64,000 nucleotides of DNA from a virus. Taxonomy: Duplodnaviria; Caudoviricetes. The DNA is taken from positions 922 to 64,921 of the IMG/VR virus record IMGVR_UViG_3300042695_000382; one strand, written 5' to 3'. Under the pieces are notes generated by a model. That model saw only the letters and a list, made by a program, of their open reading frames with translations, had not been told where the DNA came from and did no database searches. Below are positions 1-9,952 of the stretch, piece by piece (the first letter of the stretch is position 1; each line of letters begins with the position of its first letter). A program made the translations under genes and the position numbers.

Positions 1-445
1 CGATAATACTGTCTTGCACGACATACCTTTTCTTACGATCATAATTAGGTTTTCTAATCTCAGGTAGTTTTTCAATTTGATGTTGTTGGACCGAATAGCC
101 AACTCCAGTACCTCCAAGCAATAGAAACATAGTCTCAGAAAAACTGTGGATACTATCAACAGGTAGAAAAGCACAGTTATAAATGCGAGCGTTATTAAGC
201 TCAATAGCTTTACCACCAAACTGTAAGCTTCGCATCGAAGGTAAAACCTTTTTATTAAAAACAAAGTTTTGGTAAATTTGTTCAATTGATTCTTTCATTT
301 TTGGAAACTTGGCCGTATGCATCTCCATGTTTCTAGTTACTAATTCTTCCCAAGTCTCACGCCTTTCTTTATTAGGTATGTACTTTGCATACTTTGTATA
401 TACTGTTATGTCACTTAATATTTGTTTGTCTAAACTTAAACTCAT
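1..445 (-). CDS. nrdJ: Class II (B12-dependent) ribonucleotide reductase, N-terminal part (runs off window start)
   Basis: Hand translation from ATG at 445: MSLSLDKQILSDITVYTKYAKY...RRETWEELV...VLPSMRSLQFGG...IYNCAF...LLGGTGVGYSV, typical of the monomeric class II RNR N-terminus. Confidence 0.88.
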   Translation of the reverse strand, partial: MSLSLDKQILSDITVYTKYAKYIPNKERRETWEELVTRNMEMHTAKFPKMKESIEQIYQNFVFNKKVLPSMRSLQFGGKAIELNNARIYNCAFLPVDSIHSFSETMFLLLGGTGVGYSVQQHQIEKLPEIRKPNYDRKKRYVVQDSII

Positions 446-462
446 TATTTGTTTTTAAATTA

Positions 463-609
463 TTAATGTTCTATTTCTAATGCAAAGTCAACAAATGGTA
501 AATAAATAACATATGTTGTAAAATCCTTTTCTTGGTATGCCCTATAACCAAATAATATTCCGGGATATAACCCAATTGTAATTGTCCAATACCTTTCTTG
601 TTTACTCAT
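463..609 (-). CDS. Small hypothetical protein (48 aa, not in ORF track)
   Basis: MSKQERYWTITIGLYPGILFGYRAYQEKDFTTYVIYLPFVDFALEIEH; overlaps the upstream stop and fills the gap to the RNR gene. Confidence 0.65.
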   Translation of the reverse strand: MSKQERYWTITIGLYPGILFGYRAYQEKDFTTYVIYLPFVDFALEIEH

Positions 610-1051
610 TTGCGTTTTGTTTTAAAATTAATTCTATAGTTTTGTCACACTCTTTTTGATTTTGGGGTTTATATAGTGTTCTATTGTCACCGTTGTCAAC
701 CATCCACTTCTTAAACATCTTCCATCTTAATGGAAATGAATCATTAGCTCTACCTTTTGTTTCAATTATAAAGTTATTACCAACAAAATCTGGAGTATAC
801 TTCAAGTTTAAAACTTTTTTATTACCACGATTTATATAATCTCCTTTACTATTTGATTGTCTTTCTATACAATCATTCTCAAATACAAATGCAGGTAATA
901 ATTCAAAGGTATACTTCTCATATTCGCATGATATACCAGCTTCCTTTAAGGCTTTGTACATGTATTTCTCCAGTCCTGAAGCAAAGGTAATACCTTCATA
1001 TGATACAACCTTTGCTGTAACTGGCCCTTTTTTTGTTGATCTTCTTTTCAT
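602..1051 (-). CDS. T7 endonuclease I-like PD-(D/E)XK nuclease / junction resolvase
   Basis: FASGLE...YE...YTPDF...IIETKG motif pattern. Confidence 0.8.
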   Translation of the reverse strand: MKRRSTKKGPVTAKVVSYEGITFASGLEKYMYKALKEAGISCEYEKYTFELLPAFVFENDCIERQSNSKGDYINRGNKKVLNLKYTPDFVGNNFIIETKGRANDSFPLRWKMFKKWMVDNGDNRTLYKPQNQKECDKTIELILKQNANE

Positions 1052-1494
1052 TTACTGAATGTTGTATGAAAGCCTTCAAATGGGTTTTTGTCGCTTGCAA
1101 AATGTTTAAAGCGTTCATGTTGAACATCTACATCTTCATCAATTGTCCAATTACGCCCATGACCATTCTTCCGCTTCTTTTGCCGTGTAATATCTTTTGA
1201 TAGTTTTTTTTTATCAGCTTCAAATACAAAAGCATCTATTACATCAATATCATTAGTAGCATTAAGCAAAGCTTTTTCTTCGCGAAGAGTTGATATTTCT
1301 TCTTTTAAACGTTGCAAATACAAAGTTGCATCCATTAACTCTTCCTGTAAATGATTCAGCCAAACAAATACATCGGATTGGTCGTCACGCATTGTTGTTT
1401 TGTATTTAGCAAAGCCTACATCAGATCGATCTACAAATTTGTTTACTACGCATTGCACAACTGGATCTCTAAATTTAATTGTTTGTTCTGTCAT
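1048..1494 (-). CDS. Hypothetical protein, possible all-alpha NTP pyrophosphatase (MazG-like fold)
   Basis: RSDVGFAKY...WLNHLQEELMDATLY acidic helix motif. Confidence 0.5.
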   Translation of the reverse strand: MTEQTIKFRDPVVQCVVNKFVDRSDVGFAKYKTTMRDDQSDVFVWLNHLQEELMDATLYLQRLKEEISTLREEKALLNATNDIDVIDAFVFEADKKKLSKDITRQKKRKNGHGRNWTIDEDVDVQHERFKHFASDKNPFEGFHTTFSK

Positions 1495-1495
1495 A

Positions 1496-2275
1496 TTATA
1501 ATGTTTGTTTTACGAATGTACCATTGATCATTGATCCTTGTCTTGATTTAATTACGTCATAGGCTGCTACAACACAATCTTCAATTTTTAATCCTTCTAA
1601 TGCAGCCAGATTAGTTAATACAACAACTGCATCGCCAATTGCATCAATTAATTCCTCTTGATTGTTTTTTAATATTGCTCTTGCTAATTCACCAGTTTCT
1701 TCCTGGAGTTTTACAAACTGAGTTTTAGAATCGCCTGTCCTATATATTCCACGTTCATCAGCCCATTGTCTAATAAGATCGTATACATTAGTGCTTTCAT
1801 TAGTTACAGGCTCTGTAACAACTTTAACTGCCTCATGCATCGCTTTGTTATATACGTAGGATCTTGCTGGATTAAACATTGAGGTATTGGCATTTTTAAT
1901 TATCCAATCAATTAATTCATCATTTAAATAATAAACACCAAATCCGGTTTCTATTTTCATTCCTTTGTTATCCATTAAATTGCCTTTAAGTTTATTTAAC
2001 GGGCATGGAAAAGTAGTGGTTTGTTCTGTTACATTTAATACCATAGGTTTTTTCTTTTTATTTTTATTAATTAAATTCTTATAAGATTGACGATCTATTT
2101 TGTAGCCATAGATAGATTGAAGCTCTAGCTCCCGGGCAGACACATAATCTATGTCCTCACTGGTTTCTAGAACTTCATATTCTGTCGGATGGTATCCTTG
2201 TTCAACTGTAACTCTATTATTAAGATTACGTGTAACTCCAATCTTTTTACCAAAAATGTGATAGATATAATACAT
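1496..2275 (-). CDS. mazG: MazG-family nucleotide pyrophosphohydrolase with N-terminal GIY-YIG-like domain
   Basis: C-terminal KLQEETGELARA...DAIGDAVVVL; N-terminal YYIYHIFGKKIGVT. Confidence 0.75.
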   Translation of the reverse strand: MYYIYHIFGKKIGVTRNLNNRVTVEQGYHPTEYEVLETSEDIDYVSARELELQSIYGYKIDRQSYKNLINKNKKKKPMVLNVTEQTTTFPCPLNKLKGNLMDNKGMKIETGFGVYYLNDELIDWIIKNANTSMFNPARSYVYNKAMHEAVKVVTEPVTNESTNVYDLIRQWADERGIYRTGDSKTQFVKLQEETGELARAILKNNQEELIDAIGDAVVVLTNLAALEGLKIEDCVVAAYDVIKSRQGSMINGTFVKQTL

Positions 2276-2283
2276 AATTTAGA

Positions 2284-3051
2284 TTAAATGGCCACTTTTG
2301 CTGTAATTACTGGACCGTGTTTATAATTTATTAAGGTTAATGCTCCGTTTTCATGAATATACTCCGGGAGATCAAATGTATCTTGCATAAGATATTCATG
2401 TATAGCATCATATTGATTGTTGTAAATATGAGCATCAACAATCTGTACTTCTAGCCAATTTGCTTTTAATCCAACTTTTTCAGAAACATATAAAAGTATT
2501 TTAGTAAACAATGCCATATCATATGGAATTCCTAAAAACAAATCGCCCGATCTTTGTACAACAAACATATTGAGTTTGTCGTGCTCAACAAAGAATTGAA
2601 AATACAAATAACAAGGAGGTAAACGCATTTGATCTATCTGAGCCGGATTCCATAAACTTATAATATGTCTACGACTATCTGGGTCGTTTATTAATTGTTT
2701 AAGAAGTATTTGCATCTGATCAATATTTTGATCGTTAAAATTGCGCATTTGATGCCCGTATACAGGGCCAAGATCTCCATTATCATCTGCCCAAGCATCC
2801 CATATTTTTACGCCAGCATCTCTAAATCTTTGTATATTAGTTTCGCCGTTTATAAACCATTCAAATTCTGTATCAAAAGTTTTTTGAAACATTTTTCTAC
2901 CGGTTATAACTGGAAAGTATTTAGAAACATTAGTTTTTAGAGAAGCATTGAATATAGATTTGCAACCAACACCAGTACGGTCATTTCTATGAACGCCATT
3001 AGTTAAGCAATCCCATAATAATCTTCTGTATCCTTCTTCGTATGTTACCAT
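2284..3051 (-). CDS. thyA: Thymidylate synthase
   Basis: DRTGVG, IWDAWAD, LGPVYG, SRRHII, LPPC, QRSGDLFLGIP, DAHIY motifs. Confidence 0.95.
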   Translation of the reverse strand: MVTYEEGYRRLLWDCLTNGVHRNDRTGVGCKSIFNASLKTNVSKYFPVITGRKMFQKTFDTEFEWFINGETNIQRFRDAGVKIWDAWADDNGDLGPVYGHQMRNFNDQNIDQMQILLKQLINDPDSRRHIISLWNPAQIDQMRLPPCYLYFQFFVEHDKLNMFVVQRSGDLFLGIPYDMALFTKILLYVSEKVGLKANWLEVQIVDAHIYNNQYDAIHEYLMQDTFDLPEYIHENGALTLINYKHGPVITAKVAI

Positions 3052-3396
3052 TTAAAATAATTTAAAGTTATTAGCAGTGTCATCTATCTTCTGCTTTGTT
3101 TTTGTTTTTTGTTTTGGATCCTCTACTGTTTGAACTTCTATCTTATTTGCATACTTATCATAGTAATAAAGATAGAACTTATACAATTGTAACCATATAT
3201 CATTCTTCTTATAAGCTGATGGGCTTACATTCTTATTACCGTTTATAGTTATTTCTAAAAACCATTCTGTTGCGCTCTTAGGTTTAGGAGCTATAAATAT
3301 ATTATTTCGTATGCACCACATATAAGCTTGTTGTTCTTTTTCAGATTGTATATAATTACCCATATCTATCTGATTCTTTTTTAATCCACTGCCCAT
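3052..3396 (-). CDS. Hypothetical protein
   Basis: 114-aa ORF coupled to both neighbours. Confidence 0.7.
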   Translation of the reverse strand: MGSGLKKNQIDMGNYIQSEKEQQAYMWCIRNNIFIAPKPKSATEWFLEITINGNKNVSPSAYKKNDIWLQLYKFYLYYYDKYANKIEVQTVEDPKQKTKTKQKIDDTANNFKLF

Positions 3397-5102
3397 TATT
3401 CCCAGGGCATTTTATCATCAGGATTAACTATAGGAGTATGTGGAAGAAAACATCCTGACTGTGGTTCCCATTTGAAATGGCATTCAGCGCCATTCTCTCC
3501 AAGGTTTTGGAACTTACATTTTAATACTTTAACTTTAACGGTTTTGTCTTCATAATTTCTATGAACTAATAAGCCATGATATGAAGCGTCATACCATTCG
3601 CCACCACCTTTAATGTTATACATTGTAGGCTCTTCAATATTACCTTTAGCATCTTTATACATTTTAGTTGGATGCGCAACAATCATTACCAAAACATCAT
3701 ACTTCTTAGCAAAGATCTCAATCTTAGTTAAGTATTCTAAAGTATAGGCATTAACATCACCAGATGCATCATTATCACGTACTTTATTAAATGGATCAAT
3801 AACTAAACATTTAATTCCTTTACGCTTAACTAACTCAGCACCCTTACGTAACACAGCATCTAATGTATAACGTTCCATGTCAATAAAGAAATAATTATCA
3901 TTTACATGATCCGCTACTTGGTTCCACTTTTCAGTCTTGATGTCTGCGACCGTCGGCATTCCTTGCCACGTTTTCCTCATTAGCTTGTGTGCATGTAAAT
4001 ATGTAGGAGTATTCTCTGGTGATGCATATGCCGTTTTCCAACCATACTTTTCATTATAACCAACGATCATTTGATCTACAAAATCAGATTTACCAGAAGA
4101 TGGAATACCGGTAACAGTAATGAATTGACCAGTGTACGTAGAAAAAATACTGTCAAAGTTATCCAAACCAACTTGGAAGCCAGGTTTGAATCCATTACGA
4201 ACAAAGTCAGTAACCTCATCTTCAATGTCTCTAAACGTTGTAACATTTTCAAGCGGAACTGGTTTTGATCGCGTAATTCTCTGTGATAATGCTTCTTTGC
4301 CATATTTAATTAAGTATTCGTTTGCGTCTTTACAATCTTCAAATGATGCTAAATAACAAATTTCAGATCCTAAACGTCTTACTAATTCAGTTTGTAATGC
4401 TTGACCGGCTGCATCAGAATCTACAGCAATAATAATTTTACTCTTGTCCTCAAAGTAATCAATGCAGTTATCTAAGTACTCAAGATTATTTGTATGTAAT
4501 GTTGCACCGTTAGGAACGGATATTGCATTAGTAATACCTGCTTCATGCAGCGCAAGCACATCCATCTCGCCTTCAACAATAATACAATATTCAAAACCAA
4601 TTGTACTGTCTATATTATAAAATACTTTTTCAGCACCTTTATACAATTTAAAATGTTTGTTGCCATCTCTGTACTTTACATTGATAATCTCATCTCCAAT
4701 GTAGTAATTAAAATTAATTGTATTCTCAACTTTACCGGTTTGAGGCATAAACTCTTTGCTTTCAGTAACTCTTAAGTCATTCAAAGTTTCTTCTGAAATA
4801 CCTCTTGTTGCAAACCATTCTACAATTTTAGTTGTTGGTTTAATTAACTCTGTAACTTCAGGTTTAGTATATACTTTTTCGCTTGTACCTTTTCTTTTAT
4901 ATGTATGAAGTTGAAAAGTTTTGCTACAGTTATGGCAAGTTCCTATACCTCTTTCCCAATCATAAGAGGCACACTTTGCTTTCTGATGCTTAGGCTCTCT
5001 ATTATGAGAACACAATGGACAAATACCTTGAGACTTCCCTTCTTCAAGCTTATGTTGATTGAATTGGTCAATCAAAAAACCATTTATCTCTACTGTTTGC
5101 AT
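3396..5102 (-). CDS. Bifunctional primase-helicase (T7 gp4/Twinkle-like)
   Basis: Zn finger CPLC...CHNC, TOPRIM VEGEMD...DSDAAG, Walker A GIPSSGKS, LVIDP, VAHP. Confidence 0.93.
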   Translation of the reverse strand: MQTVEINGFLIDQFNQHKLEEGKSQGICPLCSHNREPKHQKAKCASYDWERGIGTCHNCSKTFQLHTYKRKGTSEKVYTKPEVTELIKPTTKIVEWFATRGISEETLNDLRVTESKEFMPQTGKVENTINFNYYIGDEIINVKYRDGNKHFKLYKGAEKVFYNIDSTIGFEYCIIVEGEMDVLALHEAGITNAISVPNGATLHTNNLEYLDNCIDYFEDKSKIIIAVDSDAAGQALQTELVRRLGSEICYLASFEDCKDANEYLIKYGKEALSQRITRSKPVPLENVTTFRDIEDEVTDFVRNGFKPGFQVGLDNFDSIFSTYTGQFITVTGIPSSGKSDFVDQMIVGYNEKYGWKTAYASPENTPTYLHAHKLMRKTWQGMPTVADIKTEKWNQVADHVNDNYFFIDMERYTLDAVLRKGAELVKRKGIKCLVIDPFNKVRDNDASGDVNAYTLEYLTKIEIFAKKYDVLVMIVAHPTKMYKDAKGNIEEPTMYNIKGGGEWYDASYHGLLVHRNYEDKTVKVKVLKCKFQNLGENGAECHFKWEPQSGCFLPHTPIVNPDDKMPWE

Positions 5103-5168
5103 TATATCTAATTGAATATGATTTGTTAATATTTGATTGTTTTATATTCATTTGAATATAGTAGATAG

Positions 5169-5191
5169 AAAAACCCCAACTTGTGGGGCTT
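5169..5191 (-). terminator. Intrinsic terminator after the SSB gene
   Basis: Minus strand AAGCCCC-ACAAGTT-GGGGTTTTT hairpin with U tract. Confidence 0.7.
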
Positions 5192-5217
5192 AACTAACTA
5201 TTTAATTTAATTACTTT

Positions 5218-5529
5218 TTAGAATGGTAAATCGTCCATTGGAGCAGGTGCTCTTTGTACCAGTGCAACTTGACCATCAGTTCTGGGTGCAGCAGCAACAT
5301 TCTGACCATTAGTCCATACCACTTTAACATTGCCAAGATAAACCTTAGCCGCTTTAGAATCTCTTTCTTCTTTAGATTGTTCAACCGTAATTGGTCCTTG
5401 ATTTCCAAACTGATCAGTTTCATCATTAATTGTTATAGTTATAGGAAGGTACTTGCCTTTAGCCCCATCAATTATTTTATGTTTTGGAATTGCATTAAGA
5501 TTAATGCTAGCTTTTACTATTGATGCCAT
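5218..5529 (-). CDS. Putative single-stranded DNA-binding protein
   Basis: Acidic C-terminal MDDLPF tail; next to exonuclease and ERF genes. Confidence 0.7.
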   Translation of the reverse strand: MASIVKASINLNAIPKHKIIDGAKGKYLPITITINDETDQFGNQGPITVEQSKEERDSKAAKVYLGNVKVVWTNGQNVAAAPRTDGQVALVQRAPAPMDDLPF

Positions 5530-5533
5530 TTTT

Positions 5534-5893
5534 TTAAAGTTTTAATTGTTTATTATTAGTTAAATATTCTACTGCTTTTAATACTCCTTCAAGATTATCT
5601 CCTAAAAATCCAATACCAGAATTACAAGACATACATAATATTCCTCTTATCTTGTTTGTTTTATGGCAATGATCTATATATGTTGATCTCTTGTCAAGTA
5701 TTTCTTTCCCACAACAATGACAATTATCACTGTCCATTAACGATTGCGCTTGATCTAAAGTTATTTTATAATTCCTTGCTCTAGAATATAAACATTCACA
5801 AGTTTTGCATCTTGATTTTAATCCGCCTGTATCAGGACGATTGTAAAATTCAGTTAATGGTAATTCTAATTTGCAATACGTGCAGGTCTTCAT
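5534..5893 (-). CDS. Endonuclease VII-type HNH endonuclease (probably free-standing homing)
   Basis: CTYC/CKTC Zn finger; CHCC...IDHCHKTNKIRGILCMSCNSGIG. Confidence 0.85.
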   Translation of the reverse strand: MKTCTYCKLELPLTEFYNRPDTGGLKSRCKTCECLYSRARNYKITLDQAQSLMDSDNCHCCGKEILDKRSTYIDHCHKTNKIRGILCMSCNSGIGFLGDNLEGVLKAVEYLTNNKQLKL

Positions 5894-5895
5894 GT

Positions 5896-6630
5896 TTAAT
5901 TAAGTGTTTTTGTAATTAAGAACTGTTTAGGATCGAAGTCCTCTGTTCTGTAAAATAAATCGTAAGCTTCTACTGCACGTTTGACTTTGTCTTCACCATT
6001 AGTAAGAAAGTTTTCTGAACAATCAAATATACCAATTTGATGTGTTGTTTTATCTATTGCCATGAAGATCATGTCATATCCAAACAGTTGCTTATAAATG
6101 TATGCTTGACTATCGTAGTTGTATTTCTTTGCTGAATATGGAAATGAACTTAAGTCAGATGTTGTTTTCAAATCTACAATTAAACCTTCATCGTGGTTTA
6201 TAATATCTGCTTTGCCTTTCCACATTGCACCAAATAATTCTGTAATTCCAGGAACTTCATACTCAACATTAAAGCCTCGTATTAATCCAGCACATACTTC
6301 GTTAGCTAACATTGTATCTTTCATTAACTCTATTTTATCTGCTTCATGCTGTAATAAACAAATTTCGCCGCCAGATAATTCTTTATACTTATTAGTATTT
6401 CTGGTTGTTGCTTCTATTATTTTGTATTTATGCAATTTATCAGGTTCTAAAATAGCCGTATGAAAGTAACCACCAATAACAAAATTGGGGTTGGGATCTT
6501 GTGGAGCATTCATTAATAATGGATTGGTAAGTAATGCAGATATGTTTGAATTACTTAAAAAGTTTTTACCAAACTCACCATAATAATGCTCATCTTCTCG
6601 TAACTTTTCTAAGATTTCCTCCTTAGTCAT
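5896..6630 (-). CDS. RecE/ExoVIII-like PD-(D/E)XK exonuclease
   Basis: LSNSNI, GGYFHTAILEP, KGKADI, VDLKTT, YDSQAYIY. Confidence 0.85.
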   Translation of the reverse strand: MTKEEILEKLREDEHYYGEFGKNFLSNSNISALLTNPLLMNAPQDPNPNFVIGGYFHTAILEPDKLHKYKIIEATTRNTNKYKELSGGEICLLQHEADKIELMKDTMLANEVCAGLIRGFNVEYEVPGITELFGAMWKGKADIINHDEGLIVDLKTTSDLSSFPYSAKKYNYDSQAYIYKQLFGYDMIFMAIDKTTHQIGIFDCSENFLTNGEDKVKRAVEAYDLFYRTEDFDPKQFLITKTLN

Positions 6631-6631
6631 A

Positions 6632-7198
6632 TTATAAAGAAGTCAATATGGTCTCTGCTTCAGGAGATAGTTCGTATTTCTTTTTGATTGTAGCAAGAGC
6701 TCCGCCATTAGCAATAAACTCTTTTGCTTTAACAAAAGCATCGTCGTTAGGAGTTAAAGTTGTTTTCTTAGTTTCAGGTTGAGACGTTCCATGATCTGGA
6801 TCTTGCGTATCATCAATCAAGAATAAGTTACCAAGCGCATACTTTTTACCGTAACTTGATGCTGATCCAAACTTTTGAGGCATTTGCATACCTTTTTGAT
6901 CAAGATCAACGCCAACAATCGCACGAGCGTGTATAGCATCGACCCCATCACTAATAATTGCGGTTGATTCTAATATTGGGAACATGCCCATTGGACTCCC
7001 TGTTAAATCTTCTGTTACTGTTACTGATACGCCTAGTCTAAGCAGAAACGGTTTGGTTGCTTCAAGAATATCTTCAGCCGATCTAAAATTGTACTTACCG
7101 AATGAATTGTATCGCGACTTTTTAGACTTAAACTCAGTCTGTATTATTGCTAACTTTTCATTAAGCGTTAATTCTTTTTCATTTGTTTTTGTTGCCAT
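6632..7198 (-). CDS. ERF-family single-strand annealing protein
   Basis: KYNFRSAEDIL, GSASSYGKKYALGNLFLIDD. Confidence 0.88.
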   Translation of the reverse strand: MATKTNEKELTLNEKLAIIQTEFKSKKSRYNSFGKYNFRSAEDILEATKPFLLRLGVSVTVTEDLTGSPMGMFPILESTAIISDGVDAIHARAIVGVDLDQKGMQMPQKFGSASSYGKKYALGNLFLIDDTQDPDHGTSQPETKKTTLTPNDDAFVKAKEFIANGGALATIKKKYELSPEAETILTSL

Positions 7199-7223
7199 AT
7201 ATTTGATTTAATTGGTTTAGTTT

Positions 7224-7246
7224 TATATTAATATAATTACGTATTT
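7224..7246 (-). promoter_or_regulatory. Putative middle/late promoter (ACGTAAT motif)
   Basis: Minus strand AAATACGTAATTATATTAATAT upstream of ERF; similar motifs near 9807, 17665, 27429, 31154, 43113 and 50951. Confidence 0.55.
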
Positions 7247-7267
7247 TGGCTTCATTTTACATTTAAG

Positions 7268-8035
7268 TTATAGGAAATCAAGGACTTGGGAGGAATCGAC
7301 GTTAGCAACTAACTTAGCGATTGCCTGCTTTTTTATCTCTGAAATTCTTACATAAGCACTTGCTCCTTCAATGCCTAATCGGCTAGCAATATCGTTTGCG
7401 GAATGTTTATCACAGTCTAATCCATAACTTAAGCGTAACACTTCAAACTCACGATCATCTAAATGTTTTTTAAGTAAACTAGTAAGATATGAATTCATTA
7501 TTTCTATATTATAAAATTCTGATTGATCAGGAATTTGATATACCATAAATAAGTCATCTTCGCTTTCGTTCATTTGTTCGTCAATGCTTAAGAATATAGA
7601 ATTAAAAAACATTGCAACTAATGTATGATCCTTGCTGCTATCTTTGCGTATTTCATTTAACTTATGCTCTGGTATTTTAATTGAGCCTCTATTAATGTCT
7701 ATAGCTCTTCTGATTGAGCCTTTAATTCTTTTGGATAAGAATGACTTAATTACACTTTCTTTATTGTCAGAATTGTTTATTGTATCCCAATCAATGCGAT
7801 CAATAGCTTGCACTAATCCAATAGATCCATATTGAATTAAATCTGTAATATCTAATACTCCACATGCTTGTGTTGTAGTTGAAAACTTTTTAGCAATATT
7901 CTCTACTAATGGTAAAAATTTAGCAATTAGTTTTTCTCTGGTATAGCCGTAAAAATTATCAGACAGGCTATTCTTGTTAACTTGCTTTATATCTTCTTTG
8001 TACCTTATGTAGTTTGGTATGTTGTAACTTTTCAT
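7268..8035 (-). CDS. Phage sigma70-family RNA polymerase sigma factor
   Basis: Region 2 FLPLVENIAKKF...DLIQYGSIGLVQAIDRID; region 4 LDDREFEVLRLSYGL. Confidence 0.88.
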   Translation of the reverse strand: MKSYNIPNYIRYKEDIKQVNKNSLSDNFYGYTREKLIAKFLPLVENIAKKFSTTTQACGVLDITDLIQYGSIGLVQAIDRIDWDTINNSDNKESVIKSFLSKRIKGSIRRAIDINRGSIKIPEHKLNEIRKDSSKDHTLVAMFFNSIFLSIDEQMNESEDDLFMVYQIPDQSEFYNIEIMNSYLTSLLKKHLDDREFEVLRLSYGLDCDKHSANDIASRLGIEGASAYVRISEIKKQAIAKLVANVDSSQVLDFL

Positions 8036-8247
8036 AATCCTTTTTCTTTTTTATAGATTTCTAATAGTTCTTTTATGTTGTCAAAATCATAAGGTCTACG
8101 TTTTAGTTTACAAACCCTAATCCAATCTGCAAACTCGATAGCAAATTCATCTGTTAGTTTTTCAAAATGATCAAGCATTGATTTATCTTGATTTCTATCA
8201 ATTAAAAATGAGATCATTGTATTTTCAAACCTTTGTTTTAATGTCAT
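8032..8247 (-). CDS. Hypothetical protein
   Basis: 71-aa ORF with 4-bp overlaps on both sides. Confidence 0.65.
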   Translation of the reverse strand: MTLKQRFENTMISFLIDRNQDKSMLDHFEKLTDEFAIEFADWIRVCKLKRRPYDFDNIKELLEIYKKEKGL

Positions 8248-8897
8248 AAACTGTTATTTAATAGTTCTTTTTCTTTTTTAAGTTCATTACTCATGTTTCT
8301 GTGTATTGTTCTTGATGTACAGTCAAAATAGGTTGCTAATTTGCTGATCGTAATTTTTTGATTGAGGTCGTGCATGTATAGCATTGCATCGTATATATCT
8401 GATTCAGTTACTTTCTTAGTCTTACCAATCATCTTTCCTACAATAGATAACTTTTCATTAATAGTTAATCCAATGTTATCCTTAAATATAATCTTACGGG
8501 TTTTATTATAAGGAGGTTCTTCTAAATCATTTAAGGAAACATCATACATCATATTCTGTAATAGTTGTTCACTAACATTAAATGTAACAAAGCCATTCTT
8601 TTTATCACATATATATCTTACAATGCTCTCAAACTCATTTTGATCCATGCCAGGATTTAAATACCATATAACATACAAATGCCATTTTAAAGATTTATAT
8701 GTTGGTATTTTAGCTTTACTTCTAAACAACTCATAACATTCAGTGGTACCTTGTTCATAAAAATAACCCCAGTTATATTCTTGTGTTGGTTGATCATTAA
8801 TTGGTCCTCTTCTATATATCACTCTGTGTTTATTTAAATAATCTAAATTTCTATCGTGTGAGTTTTTGAACCCTTCTTTAAATTTTCTATTGCCCAT
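8244..8897 (-). CDS. DNA-binding protein with C-terminal HTH (candidate operator/origin-binding protein)
   Basis: C-terminal ITISKLATYFDCTSRTIHRNM helix-turn-helix. Confidence 0.65.
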   Translation of the reverse strand: MGNRKFKEGFKNSHDRNLDYLNKHRVIYRRGPINDQPTQEYNWGYFYEQGTTECYELFRSKAKIPTYKSLKWHLYVIWYLNPGMDQNEFESIVRYICDKKNGFVTFNVSEQLLQNMMYDVSLNDLEEPPYNKTRKIIFKDNIGLTINEKLSIVGKMIGKTKKVTESDIYDAMLYMHDLNQKITISKLATYFDCTSRTIHRNMSNELKKEKELLNNSL

Positions 8898-9367
8898 AAT
8901 GGTTGCAAGTTTTTATAATGACACCTTGCGATAATCTCTTCTTGATTATCACAAACACCAATAGGCAATATATGGTCAATATGCCATTTTCCCTGGTTTT
9001 CCCAATTCATTCCTTCTTTAAATAATGATTCAATGTGAGATCTAACAATATTTATGTCACCCCCTAATAATTCTTCTCTATTATAATTCCCTTTCCAATC
9101 AATTGATTTAACCGCATAATATATTCTGCTTCTTAACACTTTAGTTAATCTAAAATTAATATTTAATTTATTTTTTTGTTTACAATAATTATTTGCATAA
9201 GCATTTAGTTTTGCTTTATTATTTTCATAATATTGCTTTTTATATTCTGCTATTTTTTCTTTATTGTTTTCTTTATAAATTTTATCAAGTTCTTTTTTTC
9301 TAACTTTATTATTTAATCTATATTGTTTTTGATATTCTAAATATTTAATTTTTTTTAAATCATTCAT
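8843..9367 (-). CDS. HNH endonuclease (probably free-standing homing)
   Basis: Y..ENK repeats, WENQGKWHIDHILP...CHYKNLQPLWAIENLKKG. Confidence 0.85.
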   Translation of the reverse strand: MNDLKKIKYLEYQKQYRLNNKVRKKELDKIYKENNKEKIAEYKKQYYENNKAKLNAYANNYCKQKNKLNINFRLTKVLRSRIYYAVKSIDWKGNYNREELLGGDINIVRSHIESLFKEGMNWENQGKWHIDHILPIGVCDNQEEIIARCHYKNLQPLWAIENLKKGSKTHTIEI

Positions 9368-9369
9368 AA

Positions 9370-9801
9370 TTACAAGTGTCTATGAATAGCTTGTCTACTT
9401 ATATTAAGTACATTTGCTATAAAGGTTATTGATTCTTCTGGTAATAGTTTTTGTATCATCTTAATTTTATCTTTAGTCTTTAATCTTTTATTGTTACTTA
9501 TTTCCATAACTTGTTTTGTAGATTCTAAAGATTCTTTCATTTTATTAAGATATGCTGATGATGCTTCTATTTTCCTAATAGTTAATTCTTGACTCCATTT
9601 GTAAAGCCATTCATTAAGCCAACTATAAGGTTTTTTCCAGTTATCAAATCCATTAATACAATGCAATTCCCATTTGTTCCCGTGTATTTTATGTAACCAC
9701 CAGTATTCAAACCCATCAAAAGTAATCTTATGATTTTCAGGTATACATAATGCTTCAAGATCTTTAGTAGACCAACTCGTTATATTCATATCTATTTCCA
9801 T
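9370..9801 (-). CDS. Hypothetical protein with C-terminal HTH
   Basis: SITFIANVLNISRQAIHRHL. Confidence 0.6.
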   Translation of the reverse strand: MEIDMNITSWSTKDLEALCIPENHKITFDGFEYWWLHKIHGNKWELHCINGFDNWKKPYSWLNEWLYKWSQELTIRKIEASSAYLNKMKESLESTKQVMEISNNKRLKTKDKIKMIQKLLPEESITFIANVLNISRQAIHRHL

Positions 9802-9806
9802 TTGGT

Positions 9807-9829
9807 TATATTTATATTATTACGTGTTT
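9807..9829 (-). promoter_or_regulatory. Putative middle/late promoter (ACGTAAT motif)
   Basis: Minus strand AAACACGTAATAATATAAATAT just upstream of the 9801 start. Confidence 0.5.
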
Positions 9830-9952
9830 ACACTGGGATTTACATTAACTGTAAACATTTATTTTGTTATTTGTTGATTATTAATTAGTTATATATAAAA
9901 TAATTTATATATTATAATGGTTTGTTTTTAATTTATTTATGTGTATAGCAAA

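Noticed and set aside
1200-1215. Programmed frameshift at the A9 run in 1048-1494
   Set aside because: A slippery run is present, but the alternative frames close soon after and nothing else supports a shift; it may be a simple Lys run
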